Below, one piece after another: positions 8,639-15,493 of a stretch of 64,000 bases of DNA. A program made the translations under genes and the position numbers. The stretch lies in contig CAVXTH010000003.1 in NCBI GenBank assembly GCA_963764625.1, forward strand, positions 1-64,000. The letters run 5' to 3'. The notes under the pieces were generated by a model. The model was not told where the DNA came from, did no database searches, and was given only the letters and a program-made list of their open reading frames with translations. The stretch's first letter is position 1; every line of letters starts with the position of its first letter. The stretch is from Candidatus Krumholzibacteriota bacterium (GTDB lineage Bacteria; Krumholzibacteriota; Krumholzibacteriia; JAJRXK01).

Positions 8639-9949
8639 CTACTGGCCAATCACCACCGTGCCGTTCAGGCCCTGCAGGACCATGGACCTGACCAGCGCGA
8701 CGCTCTCGTTGTAGCTCCCGCTCTCGATGTAGACGTTGCCTCCAGGATACACCGCACTCACTCCCTCGAATACAGTGTTGAACGGGTTACCGGGACTGCC
8801 CGTCTCGATCCCCGTCGAGTTGGACTTGTCCACCCATACTTGGTTCAGGTTCCGCAGATCCCACCCGAGGTCCTGGAGGATTCCCAGCGCAACGGGCCCT
8901 GGATTGTGCTCCACCTCACCAGCGCTCAACGAAAAGGTCATGAGTGCGTTCACGGTGTTGTTGTAGCTCTCCGCCAAGTGCGAGTAGCTGGAACCGGGGT
9001 TCCACGTCGCCGGCGCATAGAGTTCCGGCGGAGTGAATCCGTTGAGGATGTTAGCCGTGGTTCCGTTGAAAAAAACCGAGTTGCTCGTCAGCTGATTCCC
9101 CAGCGCCGTCGAGTTGTTCGCGTAGTTCAACAGGGGCGTCCCCGAGCCATTCTCGGTGAAGCGATCGTAGATGCCAGGATAAGCAGAAGCCGACCCCCAA
9201 CAGCCGACGCCTGCAGTCCCGTTGCATTCGGTTAGGTTGGTCGTGCCGTTGTTGACCCCATCGTCGACTTTCATCCTTCCGGTGATCCCCAGGCCGTGAC
9301 CGATCTCGTGCAGAACCACGCTCACGAAGTTGGGCTGGTCATCGGTATCTTGAGCGCCGGTACCCAGAAACCAGTTGAAGTTACTGTTGAATGCGATCGT
9401 GATTTCCGAAGTCCCTCCATTGAGATCCATGCCGGCGAGCTGGTTGGCGAGCGCGGCGACGTACCAGGTGTTCGCCTGCGGAGCTCCAGTGAAGTCAGTA
9501 TAGATCGCAGTGGCCTTGGTCTGTCCCAAGATGTTGGACGGCAAACTGCTGACCCAGCACGCGTCGATCTCGATCGTCTGGGTTCCGTTGAGAATCGAAG
9601 CCCAGATGTCCGCCGCCATCTGAAAGGCCGCCTGTGCATCGGTGGTCCATGGCGTCGTCGTACCGCTGCAGCTCGAGGGGTTGTAATTCACGACGACGCT
9701 CGCCGTCTTCTGGGCCGCCCCGAGTTGGTACGCCCGCGGCGGAGGAACGTAGCGCGGGTTCGGCGTGGGATCGTAGACCAAACCCGCGAAATCGACTCTC
9801 GCCATGCGGAATCCACTTGGCGCGGGCGTCGCGCTGCTTGCCGCATGGTTCGAGGCCGGCCTCGTGACACGGCTCGACGCGGCCTCCGTTTCGCTTCCGG
9901 GAGCGGCGAGCACAAGAATCAACCCAAGAATCATTCCGACTCTGCGCAT
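8639..9949 (-). CDS. Secreted zinc metalloprotease (zincin) with a short C-terminal DUF1565-like segment
   Basis: Signal peptide, VVLHEIGHGLG zinc motif, YAPATWNPGSSYSHL and ALMT. The C-terminus reads VWVD...GS..NPFNTV.EGV..V.PGG.VYI.SGSY. Confidence 0.8.
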   Translation of the reverse strand: MRRVGMILGLILVLAAPGSETEAASSRVTRPASNHAASSATPAPSGFRMARVDFAGLVYDPTPNPRYVPPPRAYQLGAAQKTASVVVNYNPSSCSGTTTPWTTDAQAAFQMAADIWASILNGTQTIEIDACWVSSLPSNILGQTKATAIYTDFTGAPQANTWYVAALANQLAGMDLNGGTSEITIAFNSNFNWFLGTGAQDTDDQPNFVSVVLHEIGHGLGITGRMKVDDGVNNGTTNLTECNGTAGVGCWGSASAYPGIYDRFTENGSGTPLLNYANNSTALGNQLTSNSVFFNGTTANILNGFTPPELYAPATWNPGSSYSHLAESYNNTVNALMTFSLSAGEVEHNPGPVALGILQDLGWDLRNLNQVWVDKSNSTGIETGSPGNPFNTVFEGVSAVYPGGNVYIESGSYNESVALVRSMVLQGLNGTVVIGQ

Positions 9950-9959
9950 GGCCGCCTCC

Positions 9960-11825
9960 CTACTGCAACGAAATCAGGACCAGGACCAGGCCTCGTCCGG
10001 ATTCCAGATGTGACATCGCCTTGCCCAGAATGGCTCCATGCGCCTTGGAGAAATCACCCACGCGTTGCGCGTGCCCCGCCGTGTCAGAGCTGGTGAGCAG
10101 GTCTCCCGGCTCGATCGGACCGGCCGCGGCATCGCACCACACGTAGACGCGACCCGAGAGCGCGATGGGAAGCCGCCCGTCGGCCTCACTCCCCTTCTGC
10201 CCCATCAGCATCCCGGTGCGAACTCCCCCCGCGCCGCTGACGACACCGGCCACCGTCCGGTCATAGCCGTGCCGCGACACCACGAGTTTGCCGGGGTGCG
10301 TGGGATCGATGGAGACCACGGTCCCCGGACGCAGGTGTGCCCCGTTCGCCGAGACGTCGAAGTTCTCCGAGAGGTCGCTTCCCCCAGTGATCTCCAGGAC
10401 GTCGGTCGAGATGCGCCCTTGATTCGAGCTGCCATAATCAGCATCGATCTCGACTGTCTGCACTCCGCTGTCGTTGTAGAACTTCATCGCCGACCCCTGC
10501 GTCGCCACCGCGTCTTCTTGCGCTTCGAGCTTGAATGTCGTCACCGAGTTTTCCGAGCGAAGCGCGAAATACCCTCCACCCTGCTCGGCACCGCTGTCGC
10601 TGTTGCTGCGCATGACCACAGTTTGGTGCCCGGCCGGATCATGCATCGAGACGATCGCATCCCGGTTCGAACTCGACGTACCTCCAATGACCTCGAAGAC
10701 GTTCGCCCCGTCCACGTTGCGCAGGGTAAGATCGCTTCCGTAGGCATGGGCTCCACTCAGTTGCACGGTGCTAGTCGCGGAGGCGTTGCTCAGCGAAATC
10801 AGCCCACCGCCGCTGGCATAGTCCGGGTTCACTTCCACCGTACTCACGTCACTGGGGTTGTAGAGACTGAGCAGCCCTTGATCGTCGAGGGTGGCCTTGA
10901 TGTCGTTGCCTTGGGTCCCCAGCTCGAGAGTCGTGTCGTAGTACATGCTCAGCTTGTCGCTCGATTTGATCACGATCTTCGTGCCCAGACCCGAAGCATA
11001 CATTCCGAAGGTGTTCGAACCCGAGGTCGTACTCACCATCGAGAAGTATCCCGAATAACCCCCGTACGCCTTCAACCGCAGCAGCGCTTCACTCCAGCTC
11101 TGCGCGCTGCTTTCGTCACGAATCTCCAGCTGCGTTCCGTTGATTCCGCCTCCAACTACCTCGAGATTCCGAGTGGGTGTGGCGGTTCCGATCCCCACGA
11201 AACCCGAAGGGATCGCGTACATGTTGTTCCCGCTGATCGCCCAATCGCTGTCGCCTCCGCCACCTCCGCCGGAGCCCAGTACCGTGATCGTATTCCCGGT
11301 ACTGCTCACGCTCACTCCGTTAGCGCCCTGCAGCACCAGGTCGTCGTGCAACCCGTTCAGCGAGCGCACCACGTTGCCGTTGACAATCTTCGATCCGGTG
11401 ACCGTGCCGTCGTCCAACGCACCCGCCCGCAGAGCATAGGGCGAGCTGTTCAAGGGCACTCGGATGATGTCCTCTCCACCATCGAGGGCCACGCCCAGCC
11501 AGTACTTGGTGTCGAAGGGCGCGTTCCAGGGAGACTGTACGAAGGGCACCGTCTCTCCCAGAGTGGCGTTGAACAGGCCATTCACCGTGTTCAGGCTCAG
11601 GGTTTCCTCCCAGATCGGATTGAACGCATTGGCCAGTGGAAAGAGCCGGAATCGAAACGAGTGGGTGCCGTCGCTGAGCGGGTTTCCGCTGGCGTCCTGC
11701 ACCACGCCCTGATAAGTGAACGAGGATGGCACGTCCGCCCAGCTTGCGCGGGCGGAAACCAGCAAGACGAACACTAAGAGAGAGAGAAAGAGAAGCGGGA
11801 AACGAGTCAAAATCCTCGGGCGCAT
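9960..11825 (-). CDS. Secreted fibre-like beta-repeat protein with a C-terminal peptidase G2-like intramolecular chaperone domain
   Basis: Signal peptide MRPRILTRF...SWA, N-terminal VPSSFTYQG...NGLFNATLG...PYALRA domain, GFVGIGTATP motif. The C-terminus reads GSDLSENF...PIALSGRVYV...IEPGDLLTSS...GAILGKAM. Confidence 0.75.
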   Translation of the reverse strand: MRPRILTRFPLLFLSLLVFVLLVSARASWADVPSSFTYQGVVQDASGNPLSDGTHSFRFRLFPLANAFNPIWEETLSLNTVNGLFNATLGETVPFVQSPWNAPFDTKYWLGVALDGGEDIIRVPLNSSPYALRAGALDDGTVTGSKIVNGNVVRSLNGLHDDLVLQGANGVSVSSTGNTITVLGSGGGGGGDSDWAISGNNMYAIPSGFVGIGTATPTRNLEVVGGGINGTQLEIRDESSAQSWSEALLRLKAYGGYSGYFSMVSTTSGSNTFGMYASGLGTKIVIKSSDKLSMYYDTTLELGTQGNDIKATLDDQGLLSLYNPSDVSTVEVNPDYASGGGLISLSNASATSTVQLSGAHAYGSDLTLRNVDGANVFEVIGGTSSSNRDAIVSMHDPAGHQTVVMRSNSDSGAEQGGGYFALRSENSVTTFKLEAQEDAVATQGSAMKFYNDSGVQTVEIDADYGSSNQGRISTDVLEITGGSDLSENFDVSANGAHLRPGTVVSIDPTHPGKLVVSRHGYDRTVAGVVSGAGGVRTGMLMGQKGSEADGRLPIALSGRVYVWCDAAAGPIEPGDLLTSSDTAGHAQRVGDFSKAHGAILGKAMSHLESGRGLVLVLISLQ

Positions 11826-11859
11826 CGGGTTCCTCCAGACGGCGTTGAGCGGGTCTCGC

Positions 11860-12411
11860 TCACTTGATGAGAACGAAGCGACGGGTCTGAGCAAAATTCC
11901 CGGCGCGGAGACAATAGAAGTAGACGCCGCTGGGGAGATCGGCGGGACGGTATTCGAGATGATGACGACCAGCATCGCGCTCTTCGTGCACCAGGACCTG
12001 CACCACGCGACCGCGCACATCCAGTACCCTGAGGTCTACCATTTTGCGTTCGGCCAGACTGAAGCTGATCGTCGTCGAGGGATTGAAGGGATTGGGTACG
12101 TTCTGTTCGAGCTCGTTGCTCAGGCGCTGTGGCGTGGGAGTCTCCACCGCGGTTCCGATGGGCGCAGCAGAAGTCGGGATCCAAAACCCACTCCCGATGT
12201 ACAGCCCCCCCACTCCGCCGTGACTCGCCTCACTGGCCGCTTGCCCCACCGTACCCACCGCGGTGTAGATCTGTCCGCCCACGACGCCGTAGTTCCACCC
12301 CCATCCGGCACCCACCACGGAACGGTCGATCGTCGCGCCCAGGGCAACCGAGCCCAGAAGCAAGAGACCGATCGGAGTCAGCGTCCACCATGCGCGGCGT
12401 TTATCGGACAT
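11860..12411 (-). CDS. Small secreted protein with a T9SS type A C-terminal sorting domain
   Basis: RBS GAAAGGGG, signal peptide, short GTVGQ...SGFW domain, then LEQNVPNPFNPSTTISF...LPSGVYFYCL...TRRFVLIK. Confidence 0.85.
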   Translation of the reverse strand: MSDKRRAWWTLTPIGLLLLGSVALGATIDRSVVGAGWGWNYGVVGGQIYTAVGTVGQAASEASHGGVGGLYIGSGFWIPTSAAPIGTAVETPTPQRLSNELEQNVPNPFNPSTTISFSLAERKMVDLRVLDVRGRVVQVLVHEERDAGRHHLEYRPADLPSGVYFYCLRAGNFAQTRRFVLIK

Positions 12412-12611
12412 GTACGTCCCCCTTTCCAGGATCGACGGGGTTTCCCGGATCCCAGGACCGAATTCGTTGCCTGTTAGAACGGGGAACGTAAATCGGAAGG
12501 GAATCCGGACAGGGAATCTGAACGTCATTCGCGCAGAGTATTTGCCCGGAACGACCCAGCGGATAAAATCCGCCCTTCACGAGATCTGAAGGCGTCCACC
12601 GCGGGTCAGTC

Positions 12612-12866
12612 GTGCCGTCCCCCAACCCAGGACCAATTCCGTTGCCCGACAAGACACTCGGCCACTACCAAATTCTCGAGAAGCTCGGGCAGGGCGGCAT
12701 GGGCGAGGTGTGGCGCGTCCACGACCAACATCTCGACCGCGAGTACGACGTCAGTCCCGACGGTTCGTACCTCGTCTATACCTCCAACCCAGCCGCCAAC
12801 GCGCACCGCCATCAACTTTCACTGGTCTTGAACTGGTCCCCCGGGCGCCACCTCGTGGAGGACTGA
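12612..12866 (+). pseudogene. Internally deleted remnant of a Ser/Thr kinase-PD40 propeller gene
   Basis: Kinase subdomain I (LGHYQILEKLGQGGMGEVWR...LDR) is joined directly to YDVSPDG...LVLNW, the typical end of TolB/PD40-propeller kinases. The catalytic Lys, HRD and DFG motifs are absent. Confidence 0.75.
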
Positions 12867-12868
12867 GA

Positions 12869-12908
12869 GAGACCCAGGGAGACCCAGGGAGACCCAAAGA
12901 GAGACCAG
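12869..12908. repeat. 10-bp tandem repeat GAGACCCAGG (3-4 degenerate copies)
   Basis: Read directly between the kinase remnant and pgeF. Confidence 0.85.
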
Positions 12909-12936
12909 CCCATGTTTTTTGGAATCGAGTCGAATC

Positions 12937-13734
12937 ATGCCGTCCTCCGCTTGGGCTGAGAGTCCCCTCTTGCGCACCGCCCCGGGACTGTGTGGCCCCG
13001 CTCTCCTGGGTGGGCTCAGCACGCGCGTCGGCTTTCCCCGAGGCGACGCCCCTTCGCCGCAGGAAGGGCGCGCCCACATCCGGGAGATTCTGGCCACCGC
13101 CCTCGGGAGCACCGTCGAGACCTTCGCGTGGTGCAAGCAAGTCCACGGCGCCACCGTGCTGCAGGTAGAACACCCGGGTTACCAGGGCGAGGGCGATGCC
13201 CTGATCAGCACCCGTCCCGCCCTCGGCTTACTCGTCTCGGTCGCCGATTGTCTTCCCGTGCTGCTCTGGGATCCAAGCGGAAAGGGCTTCGCCGTCGCGC
13301 ACGCCGGCTGGCGTGGGCTAAAGACGGGAGTTCTCCCCGCCACCGTCGAAGCGCTGTCGCGCCTGGGCGTATCTCCCGAATCCCTGCGCGCGTGGATCGG
13401 TCCATCCATTTGCGTGCAGCATTTCGAGGTGGGCGAAGAGGTAGCCGCCCTCTTTCCAGCCGAGTTCGTGAGCCGTCGTCGCGAGTGGCAAAGGCCTCAT
13501 CTCGACCTCAAGGCGTTCGCCCGCCGCCAGCTTCACGAAGCGGGACTGTCTGCCATCGAGGGCAGAGGACCGGGCGCGAGCGATTCCGTCACGATCTGCC
13601 CCGACTGCACGCACGAGCGAGCCGAACTCTATCATTCCTACCGCCGCGACCGCGGAATTTGCGGCCGACACCTCGCCTACCTGTTGCCCGAACCGTTCCA
13701 GTTCCACCCTGGCCAACTCGCTGCGGCCGGGTGA
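12937..13734 (+). CDS. pgeF: YfiH/PgeF-family (laccase-like, purine nucleoside phosphorylase) protein
   Basis: QVHG, GDAL, VADCLPV, HAGWRG, IGPSI...FEVG and SYRR motifs. Confidence 0.9.
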   Translation: MPSSAWAESPLLRTAPGLCGPALLGGLSTRVGFPRGDAPSPQEGRAHIREILATALGSTVETFAWCKQVHGATVLQVEHPGYQGEGDALISTRPALGLLVSVADCLPVLLWDPSGKGFAVAHAGWRGLKTGVLPATVEALSRLGVSPESLRAWIGPSICVQHFEVGEEVAALFPAEFVSRRREWQRPHLDLKAFARRQLHEAGLSAIEGRGPGASDSVTICPDCTHERAELYHSYRRDRGICGRHLAYLLPEPFQFHPGQLAAAG

Positions 13735-13780
13735 TACTCCGCGCACGCGAAGACGGATGAGGACGGAGGAGCGCAGCTTC

Positions 13781-15448
13781 ATGGCAAGACTCTCACGGAC
13801 GAGGAACCGGCGCGCAGGAGCACTCGCTGCTTGGGGCTTGCGCCGGACTCTCGCGGGCCGCCTTGCCGTCCTCGCGCCTTGCCTCGCCATCCTCGCGCCT
13901 TGCCTAGCCGTCCTCACCCTCGCCACTCCTTCCCACGCGCTTACCACGAACCGCAGCACGCTCTTGGGCTCTCGCCTCCTGAGCCCCGGCGCCTTTGGGC
14001 GCGCCCAGCTCGACGACGCCTGGCGCCGCGGCGCCTTCGACCGCACGCAGGGCCTCCTTCCCCCCCGCGACTTCGAGGAAGCGGTCCATCGCTTCCCCGA
14101 ACTCGTGTCCGCGCTCGCTCCCGATCGGCCGGATTGGAGTCAGGCTCTCTCCTCCAGCCAATCGTCCTGGGCCGCGATGCCGCTCGGCTTCTCCGCCTCG
14201 AGCGATCTCGAGCTGCTCGCCTTCGGCGCCAACCCGCCGCGTCAACTCGAGCCGATCTTTCTCGACGTGCGGGAAGGCGAACAGGTCGATCCGGCCTGGC
14301 GCGCCCGAATGGGTTTCTGGTTGGACGCAAATCTGGCCCAGGGCCTGAGCTCTCATCTGCGCTTCGTCTTCGACAGCGAGGGCAAGAACGACACCCACAA
14401 CCGCACCCGGGATTTCTCGCAACTCGGCGCGTCCAACAACCTCGACGAAGCCTATCTGCGCTATCGCACCGGCAGAGCCGCGTTCACTCTCGGACGCCGC
14501 TTCCTGGAATGGGGACCCGAACGCTTCGGCTCGATCCTTCTCTCCTCGACCGCGCCCGCCCCCGATCTCATCCAGGCCGAGATCGCCCTGGGCAAACACC
14601 GCCTCCAGGCTTTCGCCGGACAACTCTCCACCGAACTGGTCGACTCCACGAATTACCACCGCACGCTCTACGGTCATCGCATCGATTTCAGTCTCGGCGC
14701 CTTCGGTCGTCTGGGCCTCTCCGAAACCGCGGTGGTCTCCGACCAGGCCGGAGGCTTCGACCTGAAATACCTCAATCCGGTCAGCCTCTACGTCGTGGCG
14801 CAGACCGAGAGTGGCAGCAGCAATCAGAAGACGGTGAACATCTTCCATTCGATCGACGCCGAATTCTGGTGGAACGGTTGGCATCCCTACGGCGCGTTCC
14901 TGGTGGACGACCTGCAGATCGACGCGTCCGCACGCAAGCGCTGGCCGCATCAACTCGCGGGCGCGGTGGGAGTCGACCGTGATCTCGGGCCCACTCTCCT
15001 TCTCTCGTACGAGTATCGCCGCCTGGGGAGTTGGACCTACCTGCACCGCGGCTTGGGCACCGACGCCCAGCACTTCGAACGCCCCCTCGGCGCACCCGAG
15101 GGTCCCGACACCGACCGCCACTTCTTGCGCCTGGGCTTCACCCCGCGCGAAAACGCGCTGCTCTGGATTTCCGCCGAGCGCCGGCGCCGCGGCATCAACC
15201 GCCTGTGGACCGAGGAAACACGCGAGGGCCACGCGGGCGAGAGTTTCCCACGCGCGCCGGTGGAGAAGCGCTTCATCCTGGAAGCGGGCGCGCGCTGGGA
15301 GCTGGCTCCCCGCGCCCGGGTCAGCCTACAGCTCGGCTGGCAATCGATCGACGGTGTCAACAATACGCAGCAGGATCTCAACGTGGTGGAGCTGCGCGCC
15401 ATGCTGCAACTCTTCAGCCCCAACTTCAGCTGGCTTCTGGGCGGGTGA
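13781..15448 (+). CDS. wzi: Capsule assembly Wzi-family outer-membrane protein
   Basis: Signal peptide, LGRRFLEWGP...SILLSSTAP, GHRIDF, GLSETAV, YLNP, FLVDD and LG.PEGPD motifs. GGAGG RBS before ATG 13781. Confidence 0.75.
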   Translation: MARLSRTRNRRAGALAAWGLRRTLAGRLAVLAPCLAILAPCLAVLTLATPSHALTTNRSTLLGSRLLSPGAFGRAQLDDAWRRGAFDRTQGLLPPRDFEEAVHRFPELVSALAPDRPDWSQALSSSQSSWAAMPLGFSASSDLELLAFGANPPRQLEPIFLDVREGEQVDPAWRARMGFWLDANLAQGLSSHLRFVFDSEGKNDTHNRTRDFSQLGASNNLDEAYLRYRTGRAAFTLGRRFLEWGPERFGSILLSSTAPAPDLIQAEIALGKHRLQAFAGQLSTELVDSTNYHRTLYGHRIDFSLGAFGRLGLSETAVVSDQAGGFDLKYLNPVSLYVVAQTESGSSNQKTVNIFHSIDAEFWWNGWHPYGAFLVDDLQIDASARKRWPHQLAGAVGVDRDLGPTLLLSYEYRRLGSWTYLHRGLGTDAQHFERPLGAPEGPDTDRHFLRLGFTPRENALLWISAERRRRGINRLWTEETREGHAGESFPRAPVEKRFILEAGARWELAPRARVSLQLGWQSIDGVNNTQQDLNVVELRAMLQLFSPNFSWLLGG

Positions 15449-15493
15449 GATCCAGCACGGTCTCAGGGTGAGGGTTGCGGCAACCGCCCCGCT

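Noticed and set aside
9960-11825. Prophage tail fibre
   Set aside because: It has a Sec signal peptide, and there is no capsid, terminase, integrase or other tail gene in the window.
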